Of a DNA stretch of 64,000 nucleotides, positions 29,534 to 42,120 are shown piece after piece. Numbering within the stretch: the stretch's first letter is position 1; every line of letters begins with the position of its first letter. The DNA is from Piromyces finnis finn (taxonomy: Eukaryota > Fungi > Neocallimastigomycota): positions 687,209 through 751,208 of the forward strand of contig MCFH01000024.1 of NCBI GenBank assembly GCA_002104945.1. The letters run 5' to 3'. The notes beneath the pieces were generated by a model. It had not been told where the DNA came from. It made no database searches and saw only the letters and a program-made list of their open reading frames with translations. The translations under genes and the position numbers were made by a program.

Positions 29534-31450
29534 TAATCTTATTTTTAATTTTTATAAATATATTCTCAATTAAAAATTACATATGTTATTGGTTATTCAT
29601 TATATATTAAAATATTAAAATACAATAATATTAAAGAACTTTTAAAAAATTAAAAAAAATTTTTAATATGAATAAAAAAGGAAATTTCATTTAAATTATT
29701 TTAAAGTTAAAAAATTTCAAATTTACCCACAACAAAAAATTTAGAAATTTTAAGTAAAAATAAAGGTAGGAAAAAAAAACTTTTTCAAAATGCAATTTAT
29801 ACATAAAATATTTATATATATGTATATATTATATAAAAATCCGTGAAATGAGCTAATAATGCTTTAACGAATTATTTGAAGCACCATATACAGGTCATTA
29901 GCAATGAGTTTTTATTATGATTGTATATTATTATTCGTTCCATCGATTATATTATAAATATAGGATAAAATTAATCTCATAAAAATGCTTTTGACTGATT
30001 GTTTTTCTAACATATATTGAGTTAAGTTTTATTAATTATTATATATAAAATATAAACAAACTCTTTTTTTCATATTTAATTTATATAAATATGTTTTAAA
30101 ATTTTTTGGAATAAGAGGTTGATTTAATTATCATTAGATAGATTAGCTATTAATAAAGTGATACTACAATTGTAATTCAGTTAATAATCATAATAAAATA
30201 AGAAAGTAAATTTGGTAAAATAACAATTAATATTACTATAACTATAAAAATGGTTATTTATTAAATAATAATAGAAAATATAGTAAATAATTGAAAAATA
30301 TTTTTTATTTTTATTTTTTCATTTTTCATGATTCCATAATATTTTTATTCATGAAAATAATCCCTAACCCTAGATAATAAGATAATATGATGATATGTAT
30401 TTTTATTTTAAATTATGTTTGAGGTAATATGTCATTATAGGTAACTTATAGCATGCTATTACTGCTTAAATTAATAATAAAGAAATAAATATAATAAGTA
30501 AATTAAATTTTAAAATATTGTTAATAGTATAAGCAATAGATATTTTTTTCAATAAATGATATTTTTGACTATTACTTTAAAAATTATAGTATATTTGAGA
30601 AAAAAATTATAAGGCTAGGCTTTGTGTTAAAAAAAAAAAAGGACGTAATAATTATAGATAATATAATAATCATGTCTAATCTTTTTTTATAATCTTAATT
30701 AGGATTTATAATTAAATATGTAGTATTATCTTTCTAATTCTATTATTTTTCTTTTTTATTACTTCAATATATATTATGCTTATTGTTGTATTAATCTAAA
30801 TTATAAATTATGATATATTTATATTGATAATTGAAGTATATATCTGAAAAAACTTTGGTATAAAAAAACTAAGCTTGCATTATAAATTATTTTTATTGCC
30901 TTTTTTATATAATAATATAATAATAAAAATCTAAAAACTATTTGTGTAAGTTACAGTTAAAATTGTAAATTGTTAAAGAATTTTAAAATTTCTAATAAAT
31001 ATTTTAAGAGAAATATCTTTTTTTTTATAGTTATATTTTTATTTATTATATATAATATAGGCATTTTTTAATTATTATTTGAGTTATAAAATTTAAAAAA
31101 TATAAAAATAAAACTTTTAAAAATCTAATTTAAATTTTACTATTATTATAATCCTATAATTTTTTAACATTTGCTTTGCTAGTATATGTATATATTATTG
31201 TTTTTATTCTGAAGAATAATAATTAAATATATATTATTTTTTTATAAATTAGAAATATTTTTTTATTTACTCGTTTACTACAAAAACAAAGAAAACCGAA
31301 TATTATGTCATAACTTATAATATGATAAATAAAATAATATACTCATAAACCTCATATTATCAATAAATATTTTATAATATATTTTAATAAATTTATCCAT
31401 TCATACCTCACATTTAATATATTCTTCTCCTTATTAAAAACAAATACAAT

Positions 31451-34400
31451 ATGGGTAATAATGAATCAAACATATATGAAAGTGAATATAATGAAATCTT
31501 AAATTCGAGAAAAGGGAGACATGAATCCTTTAAATTTGACACTGGGAAAAGAACATTTAGAAGAAAATCAAGTACATTTAGTGTTATTAAAGTTGAAAAA
31601 ACAAATGATTATGGAAATATATATATGGCAAATGATATTGACTTTGATAAAAATTCCCACAAGCTAAGACCAATATATTCCAATTTAGAATTATTAAAAT
31701 CTGATGATAAGAATTCAAATGAAAATTTGAATGAAAATCAAGGTGGTGCGAGTTCCAATAATTATGAAGGTTCTAATAATAATGAAAATTTAAATATAAA
31801 TAAATTAAGGAATTCTGAAGGTGAAATTAATCATAAAAAAATTAATGAATTAGTGGAAACTTTTATGGTATTAAAAAATTGAAAAAATAATAATTATTAT
31901 TAATCTGATTTATATTTAGTATAATTAAACATCATAATATAAATAATAATATTTAATAGGATGAAATCAATCTTTCTCAAGATAAAAGAGAAGCTATTAG
32001 AAACATGTCAGATGAACAAAAGGTGCTTATGATTAGCTCACAAAGTAGTACTTCAACTGTATGTGTTTCTTTGCATTAAATACATTAATGTTAATCAAAA
32101 TTATTATTTTAAAAAATATATATATATATACCATATAATTATATATTAGGAAATTTTATTTACTTTTATTTTTTATATTTTATATTACAATTTAAAAATA
32201 GAGTAATAGTGACAGAAAAGAAGAAGATGATGCTTTAAAATATATTCAAAAAATAAAATTAACACCAACATTGGAAGTTATTAAACATCTTTCTGTTTTA
32301 CTTAGAACAAAGCCAATTAAATGGATAAATGATTTTGTTAATAATAAAGGTTTATCCATCTTACTTAGTAATTTAAATAATATTCAAACTGAAAGATCAT
32401 CATATGAAGCAAAGTAAAATTTAAAATTAATTAAATAAATATACTAATACGAATAATAACAATAAAAGCAATAAAAATAATAGTTAATATATTTATATTA
32501 AATGCTAACAACATAATTATATTTTAATTATAAAATTATAATTAGTATTGAGATTGAAGAAATATATATTAAATGCTTGAAATGTATTATGAATAATAAG
32601 GTATAAATTTTTTTTTACTTATGGTACTAACAGTTTTATTTTTTATAATTATGAGAAAGATAAATATGAATATATGGGTATAACTAATATATATTATTTA
32701 TTTTTTTAATTCAATAACAGGTCGGACTTCTTTCTATTATTCATTCAAAAGAATTTTTACCTATTATTTCAATGTCATTATATTCATCATCACCAAAAAC
32801 ACAAGCTCAGGTTTTAGAAATTCTTAGTGCAATATGTTTCATTGAAGGAGGGCATCAATGTGTCTTAAATGCTCTAACAGAGTTTTCTGTAATAAATAAT
32901 GAAGTTTTTCGGTTTGAAATTATTTTTAGATGCTTAGAGTCCACTCTTAGAAATGCAAATGATAATGCCACTTATTTAACTAAAAAAGAACTTCAGGTAA
33001 TTTATTTTTATTATTAGTAAATTAATTAAATGAGGAAATAATCAAATTTAATAGTACAAGGAATCTATATTTATATCTACATATTTTTAATCATATTTTA
33101 TAATACTAAAACTAATCAATAAATCAATAATAGTTGGCTTGTTTTTCATTCATTAATGCTATAATTTGTGGTATTCCAGATGAGAATATTGTATTCAGAA
33201 TGCATATAAGATATGAATTCATTACTCTGGGTATTGAGAGAATTATTAGTGTAATTATCATATTAATAAATTACAGTTATTAAATCAAAATCTAATAATC
33301 AAAAAAATTAATATTAAAGAAAAATTTCATAATACATATATTTTATTTACATTATATAGACTATTGAAGATATTAATGATGAAAGATTTTCTAATATAAA
33401 GAGACAAATTTTGATTTTTAAAGATTTAGCCGAAAGAGATGAGAAAGAAACATATTCAAAATTCACTGATTCTTCATTCGATATCAATAATCCTGATGAA
33501 ATTTATGCTGTATTAAGAACAGGTTTGGATTCATCTTCATGTTGGCCATATTTTGTTGATATTTTAAGACACTTTTTGGTTATTCCTGGTAATCATGAAA
33601 CAAGGTATAAGAATAAAAAAACATTTTTTATTAACACTTTTTATTATGATTATTTCTTATATTATACTAATTTTTTAAATTATTTTTTACTGTTAAATAA
33701 AAAGAATGAGGTATTGGTTGATCATTTCAAAAATAATTAATCAAGTTATTATTCAAGAAGAAAATGGAAATCCTGATCCTGATAATGATCTTATTAATAT
33801 TAATATGAAAAAACTACTTCACGAAATTGGTATTTCAGAGAGAGCTAATGAAGCTATTGAAGAATTGAAAAAAGCTCGTGAAGCCTACAAAAAGAGAGAG
33901 AAATATTATGAAAATAGAATTAATACTTTAATAAAAGAGAATAGTAATAATTATTATAAACATATAAAAAAAATATTTATATTTTATTATTATAATTTTA
34001 TTTTAAAATATTTTAATTTCTAATTTTTATTATTCATTTCTTCATTAATAGATGAATATAAGGATTTAAATAAACAGTTTAATAGCATTTTAACAGAATT
34101 ACAACTTAATAACATCGTCGAAACAAATAAAAATAATAAATTAAAAATTAATGAAAATACTGTTAACGGAATTTTGCTTATTAATGATATAAAAAACAAA
34201 AAATCTGATGATGAAAATAATAATAAAAGCAATCTTTATGAATATATAAAATATACACCAATTCTAAGAGAGTTAGAATCATTGAAAATAATAGAAAAGG
34301 ATGATGAAGATAACTATCATATTATTAATAAAGATGGAATTAATAAAGCTAATATTGAAAAAGAATGTGAATCTAAGAATAGTATTGACAGTATTTTAGA

Positions 34401-37400
34401 TCAGTTAGAACAATACAAAATATCCAAATTTAGTATATTCAATGATGAAGATAATCAGGAAGCTAAATTTAATTATTTAATTAATGATATTGTCAATAAC
34501 TTAGTCCATATGAAAATTATTAATAATGATAAAGAACACAATAAATATGAAGTTATAAATAAAGAAAAAATGGAAATTCTATTAAATACTTTAGAAAAGG
34601 CATCAATTATTCAAAAAAATAAAAATGGAAATTATTATTTCAATTCTTCAAACCAACCAGAGTTACTACTTTCAAATAATTCTCATAATGAGCAATTAAA
34701 AGTACAGATTTATGTTGAAGATCCAATAACTAAATCTATAGACATTAAGAAAATATGTAATGATGTATTATCCATGTTTTCAAAATGTGTTACACTTGAT
34801 GAAGATAGTTTAAATAATATCAATACGCAAGTTATATATAAAAGTCTTATCAATGTATTGAAAGTAATGAATCTTTTAGTTTATGAAGAAAATCAAAGTT
34901 TCTTAAAGATTGGTGATACTAAAAAGTATTTAATTGATGAAATAAAAATAAAAGAAAGTATAATTGATGTCCTAAAATTATGCAATGTATTAGAAAATCC
35001 TGATAAAAATACAAAAGAAAGTATAAAATCCATGCAACATTTAGATATTATTCAGAAACATATTATCACTATAATAAAAAATAATCTTGTTTCTCTAAAT
35101 AATAATGACTGCTTTCAATTTGATGTTAATGAATTATATAAAACAATTCTGGATTTATTAATGAAAAAAGAAATTATATATATGAAGAATGACATCTATA
35201 AAATTAACACTATAAATAACTCGATTAGTAAAAATGAATTAATAGAAAAAATATTCGAATTCTTAACTGATAAAGAATTAATTACCAAAGATAATGTTGG
35301 ACAATATACTACTTTAAAAAAAACGATAGAATCTCACCAAATTAATATAAATAGCATTTGTGAAAGCATTATAAGTGTTTTAGAAGATTACAATTATTTA
35401 ACAGAATTAAACGACGGGTGTTTCAATGCTAATATTAAAAATAATAGTTTCTTCTTTATTGACAAAAATACATTATTTAAAGCTATAGTGAATTTATTAA
35501 CAAATAAGCATTTGATATATATAAAGAATAATGAGTATATGACTTCTAATGATAGTTTACAAGAATTTCCTTTAGATGATATATTTAATAACATTATTAA
35601 TTCATTAAAATTTAGAAACATTCTTAAGATTAATAATGATAATGAAGAACAAATGGTGTTAAATCTTTCTTTTAATAGTAATGAAGAAATATCAAAAAGT
35701 ATTATTTATAGCAACATTAAGAATATGTTAATAAATAATAACTTATTGATAGAAGATAATAATCAATTATTAACACATGAATACATTATTGAAAGCTGCG
35801 CAATTTGTAATAATAAAATTAATTCAATATTAAAAATATTAGATTCATTAAAAATAATAAATTTGGATAAGAATAATTCAGATAATATAAAGATTGTAAA
35901 GATTTTCAATAATAAAAATGAAATTTCTAATATTATTGAAATAATATTAAAAAAATTAATAAAAGAAAACAGAATTAATAGTTATAAAATATTCTATGAT
36001 AATGAAGTAATTGTAATGAATAAAGAGGATATAGAAATGAATAATGTTATAAAAAAATTATTAGATATTGGTCTAATTGATTATGATGATGATAATAACT
36101 TTAATATACATATTAATAAGAAGCAAAATATATCAAATATTGAAAATACATTGATGAATAAAGATATGGAATTTTCATCAAGTTCTCTTCTTAGTACAAC
36201 TTCTAAATGGAACGATGATGATGACGTATTATTAGATGAAGTTACAATTAAAAATTTAATGAGTAATGGAATTGTAAGTCTAGAAGATATTGTTGAAAAA
36301 ATGATTACTTTATTAAAAGATAATTATGTTATTGACATTCCAAATAACAAAAATGGTTACATCAATATTGTTAATGGTATTATTCTGAATAAAAAAGAAA
36401 CATTGTATTCTTTAATTGATTTCTTAATTGATAATAACCTATTAACATACGACAATGAAGGTAAACACTATCTAAGTGGAAAAACACATTATAGTATACC
36501 TTTTAACAAAGATACTTTTAATGAAAAGTTCATGAATGCACTAAAACATTCTAATATGATAACTGAATCTGATCAGGGTGCTATTTTAAATGTAGATACT
36601 AGCAACTCAAGTATTATGATTGACATTTATACATTAATAATTGATATTATTGACCTTCTAAAGAACATGAATGTCATTAGTGTTAGTGATAATAATAAAA
36701 CCACATATATTTTAGATAATAATAAAAATGTAGATAAATCAACTATTAAAACTATTATGGAACAATATATCAAAAAATATAATCATCTTGCTTTGGAAAG
36801 TTGTGAAGCCAATAAAATTATAAATTGTGTAATTGATATTATGAAAGAAATAAATATCATTTCATCAATTGATTCTAAAAACTTTTCACTGAATATGCCA
36901 ACTATTTATGATTATAATTTTGATGTTATATTATTAATAAAAGAATTATTTAAATTTATTGAAGACTTATTAGGAAATGATGAAAAAGATAAAATATATA
37001 ATCTTTCAATTGATATTATATTAGAACAAAACAATTTGAATAGTAATAATCTTGAATTATTAAAGGATAAAAAATATAGAATTCCTTGCAAAGAAACAAA
37101 TAACCTCAAAAAAATAAATGAAATTTATATTCAATTTATAAACCATTTAAATGAAAAAAATATAATAGAATTTAATAATAATAACTATCAATTAATATTA
37201 AAAAAGAAGACAATTAAATTTACTAACATTTTCAATTTATTATTAGATAAATTAGTAAATGAAAATGTTTTTGGTTTAAATGATAATGTATATTATATAA
37301 AAATAAATAAGAATGATGCAATTGATATGCCTTTCATAAAGAAAAGTATTTTCAAGTTATTATCAAATAAAAGATCAAACATAACACTTTCTTCAAGGAT

Positions 37401-40400
37401 GTTAAGTGAAAATAGTCTAGTAGACTCAATCAATAAATTAAACGATTCCATAAGTAATGAAAATTCAGTTATAAATATTTTAATGAATAATAATCTTGTT
37501 AATATTAATGATTCAGGAAAATATAGTATTTCCAACTTAGTAAAACTCTTTACTAATAAAAACAACGATAATACTTGTAATGAAACTATATCTAATATAT
37601 TTCTTCATATATCTTATTTATATTATTTTCTTTTTTTTAATTAGTCTATACTAAAAATAATTTTTAATAATATATATTAAATTGAAAATATATTTAGGTA
37701 AGATGTCATCATCAAATTCATTGTCTCAACAACCAATGACATCGTTAGAAAAACTACTAAAACCACCACCTCCTCCAATGATAGGAGGAATACCACCACC
37801 ACCACCACCTCCTCCTCCAGGAGGAGTGCTACCTCCACCACCAATTCCAATGATAGGAGGAATACCACCACCACCACCTCCTCCTCCAGGAGGAGTGCCA
37901 CCTCCACCACCAATTCCAATGACAGGTGGAATTCCACCTCCACCAGGTTTAATGAATGATAACATAATGCCCAAACGAAATCCATGTGTTCGCCTTAAAT
38001 CATTCAACTGGACAAAACTTGATAACAGAAAAATTGATAGTACAATATGGAAAGAAATTAATGAAGATGAAAATAATACAATTCTTGACTCTACATGGAA
38101 ATTAAATATAGAAGAAATATTTTCAGAAAAAATTAAAACAAAAAAGGAAAAAAATAATGGAAATACAAATATCGACTCAAGTATATGATATTTTATATAA
38201 TAAATTCAAAAATTATTATATAATTTATTTAAAAATTAATATATTTTTATTTTTTATTACTATAATATAATATATTAGACAAAAAGTCAAAGATTACTTT
38301 CCTAAATAGCAGAAGATCTCAAAACATTGATATTGCTCTTAAAGGTATTAAATTAACTCCTGAAATAATTAAAACAGCAATATATGAGTGTGATATTAAT
38401 ATATTATCACGCGACGCACTCACAGAACTAAAAAAACTTGTTCCCCAAGATGATGAAGTAATATTAAAAAGAAACAATATTATAATATATATTATAAATT
38501 AGAAATAATTGATAATTTTCAATATTAAATAATCATATTAATTTTTATTATTAGATTAAATTAGTTAAGGAGTTTGAATCAAAAAAAGAAAAATTAGCAA
38601 ACGCAGAAAAATTCTTAATGGAATGTGTACAAATTGATAATTATTCAAATAGGTTAGATTCTTTATATACAAAAAGTTCATACGATGAACTATACGATGA
38701 TGCTAGTTCATTAATTACATCTATAAAAAATGCATCATTTGAAGTCAGGAATAGTTATAAAGTTAAACAACTATTATCAGTATGTATTAAAACATTAACT
38801 AAATTATTAAACAATATTACAGCGTATTTATATTTTTTTCTTTTATTAATTATATTTATTTTCAGATCATTTTATCCATAGGTAATTATCTTAATACGGG
38901 TCAAAGAGGGGGCGCATACGGTTTTAAACTTAATGCCCTAACAATGATTATATTTACGAAATCATCAATAGATAATAGAAATTATTCATTAATGAACTTT
39001 TTAGTAGACTTTGTTGAAACGAAATATCCTAGTTTATTAAGTTTAAGCGAAGATATGCCAAGTATTGTCGATGCTGGAAGAGGTAAAAAAAGAAAAATTT
39101 ATAATTAAAAATGTAATTTTTTTATAAAGGAATTTATAAATTAATTAATTTTTATCAATATATAATTAATATAAAAAAAGTAAATATGAAGGATATTAAT
39201 GTTATAATGACTGATATCAATAAAAAATTGAGTGGTGTTAATGATACATTAAAAAAAATCAAAGAAAATTATCAAAAGAAGTTAAAAGAAATTTTTTTAA
39301 ACGATTTTAATGCATATTATGATTATATTAAAGATGAAATTGTAGACGAAATAGAGGAATTAAAATCAAAAGAAGATGAAGATAAAAATGAAAATAAGAA
39401 TTCCAAAAAGAATAGATTTACATCCATATTAAAATTTGTAAAAAATAAGAATAAAAATAATAAGGAAAAGAAAAACAAAAAATCTAATGCTGAAGATGAA
39501 AATATAAATAATGACAATGAAATTGGAAATGAAAATCAAAGAGATAATGCTGAACTAATTGATGAAGAAAATATAACTGATTTAACAAATCTTATCACTG
39601 ATGATGAAAAGGTTAAAAAAGAAATTGAAGAATATAAAATTGACACAACAAAAGAAAAATTCAAAACTGAAATTGTAAAGAGATTTAATGATAAGTTCAT
39701 ATCAATTATGCAACCATTTTATGATGAATCAATCATAAATTATGAGAAATTAAAAAATCTATTAAAAGAAGCAAATGAAGATTTTGAAAATCTTTGTATA
39801 TTATTTGGAGAAGATCCGGAAAGTACAGAACCATGTGAATTATTTACTTTATTTAATGATTTTTGGAGACAGTTCCAAGTAAGTATTATTATATATACAT
39901 ATATATTTTCTTTTACCAAAAATAAATAATTATATAAATAGTTTTATAAAATATTTAATAATATTAAAATATTAAATTAATTATAATTATAGACTGCTAA
40001 AAAAGAAAATGCACTTTATAAAGAAAAGAAAGAAAGAGAAAAAGAAAGAGAATTAAAATTAAAAGAAAAGAAATTAATGGAAAAAGACAATTATTCTCAA
40101 TCCAAAAATATATCTGACCAAATTATTGATAACATTATTGATTCAATCCGTTCTGGAAGTGCTTTTGCTCCAAGTAAAAAGAAACTAAAACAAAATAGTA
40201 ATGATGGTAATAGTAATGACAATAGCAACAGCATTAATGATAATGAAAATAAAAATAAAGAACAAGAGGTATTAAATGATGAAAAAAATAATTCTCATTT
40301 AACAAATAATAATATTAGAAACCAATATAGATTCCAACAATTGCAAAATAGTTTGAATAATCTCACAAAACATGAGAATGCAACATCGTCCAATGTTATA

Positions 40401-40556
40401 TTAAACATGAAAGATGATAATAAATCTAATAACAAATTAAATATATGTGACTTTAATTCAAAAAGTATTATTGAATTATCAGCAATAAATAATGATGTTG
40501 CTAAATGTTTGTGTAAAATTGCTGATAATGAAAAATGCAAAGATGTTGATATATAA
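31451..40556 (+). CDS. Diaphanous-related formin 1 (GBD/FH3 - 1,175-aa repeat insertion - short FH1 - FH2 with insertion - DAD), multi-exon
   Basis: GBD/FH3 'LSVLLRTKPIKWINDFVNNKGLSILL', '[14 protein letters not shown]'. Poly-Pro FH1 ~37760-37950. FH2 'LKSFNWTKL', 'RRSQNIDIAL', 'IGNYLNTGQRGGAYGFKL', 'FGEDPESTEPCELFTLFNDF'. DAD 'IIDNIIDSIRSGSAF...KKKLK'. Confidence 0.92.
34052..37576 (+). repeat. Degenerate protein-level tandem repeat (~25 units of ~35-41 aa) filling one giant exon of formin 1
   Basis: Recurrent pattern such as 'YKTILDLLMKKEIIYMKNDIYKI', 'IEKIFEFLTDKELITKDNVGQY', 'FKAIVNLLTNKHLIYIKNNEY', 'VIKKLLDIGLIDYDDDNNFNI', 'LYSLIDFLIDNNLLTYDNEGKHYL', 'VINILMNNNLVNINDSGKYSI'. Not recognisable as a DNA-level repeat. 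Confidence 0.7.
37770..37950 (+). repeat. Coding tandem repeat of ~70 bp, about 2.4 copies (FH1 of formin 1)
   Basis: ccaatgataggaggaataccaccacc...ccaggaggagtg occurs twice, followed by a partial third copy ccaatgacaggtggaattcca. Confidence 0.85.
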
Positions 40557-42120
40557 AAAATTTAAAAAAAATATAACATTAATTTTTTTTAATTATTATC
40601 ATGCTTATCATGTTTTCATCATTAAAATTATATTTATTAAAAAAAAACAAATAAGTATGTAATATATATAACATTTATAATAAATATCTTTGAAATTTTA
40701 ATAAAAACTGCTATTGTATAATTAAATTGTATTTTATATTTTATTCTTCCTCTTAAAAAGATTTAATTTACTTAATTTGAATATTAAATAATGCGGTTCA
40801 AAACGATTGAACATAATATTTAGTTAATATATTGAAAATATTAAGATTTTTGTTTTAAGAAAAATGATTAATAAGAAAATTTTATAAATCTCCGAAACTG
40901 TAAAAAAAATTGAAATAATCATTTCTTTTCTTAAAATTTTAAAATTAAAATAATGTACAATAAAATTATCAATTTAAAAAAAAATTAAATATAAATTTTC
41001 AGAAAATAAATATATCCTATTAATCTAATTTATGAAATAAATATATTTAAATGTAATGTGTTCTTTTAATTTTCTTCTGTTGTTTTAGTATAATTTTTTA
41101 TTATACATAAATTCTAAATAAATTTAAAAAGTAATATAATAATATTACATTTTTTTTTTTTTGTTTTTTTGTTTTTTGATTTTTTTTTTTTTTTTATTCA
41201 TTTGTTTTTAAAAAATCTAAAATATTTACTAAATTAAAAAAATTATTAAACCTAAGTATAAATGATATTTACTTTAAACCAACATTTTCTAATGTAAATA
41301 ATGAATTTAAAATAGATAAAATTGAAATTTTATTATATAGTTAAATTTTAAATTAATAAAGTTTTGATAATTTCGACTTTCTTATTTAATTAAATTATGT
41401 TGTTTTGAAAAATATATATATATATAACCTATTATATTATTATTTTTTACTATTAAATTTTCTTGGAATAAATTAATAAATATTTTTTTTTAAAAAAAGG
41501 GAAATAAAAGTTATACTAATATACCCTTTATATATACATATATAAAAACTTTGTAATATAAACAAAATACTAATATAATATTTATTATTTAAAGGTAAAT
41601 TTTTTAGAAGACATATTCATGTATATATATATAATTTATTGTAGTACATCAAATAAAACATCTATGATAATAGTATTCAATACAACCTGAATATAAAATA
41701 TATATTTTTAAAATATATTTATAATTTCAAAATGATATTTTATAATATGAAAATCATTTAAAATGGGTTAGTAATACAGAAAAAAAAAAAGCTATATATG
41801 TATATATGTATATATATTTACAACCCTATAATATTAAAATAACAGAATAAATATAAAATTTAAAAATGTTTTGATGATACTTTCAGAGATATATTATAAT
41901 AAATAGTATCACGGTTTTTAACATACTACTTGTCTTTATTAAAAAATAACATATACTAATGGAATTAAAAATTTTATATAATCATAAAAAATTTTTAAAC
42001 TATATACTAATAATACAAATTTATTAAAAGTCAAAGATAATAAACAGTTTGAATATAAGAAACACAAAGTATTAAAAAAATACAAGTACATAGGGTTTTA
42101 TTTTATAGTTACTCCTCAAT

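Noticed and set aside
30362-30372. ccctaacccta telomere-like motif
   Set aside because: Fewer than two full units; expected by chance.
37677-38007. Antisense Gly-rich and Val/Glu-rich ORFs
   Set aside because: Reverse-complement shadows of the formin 1 FH1.
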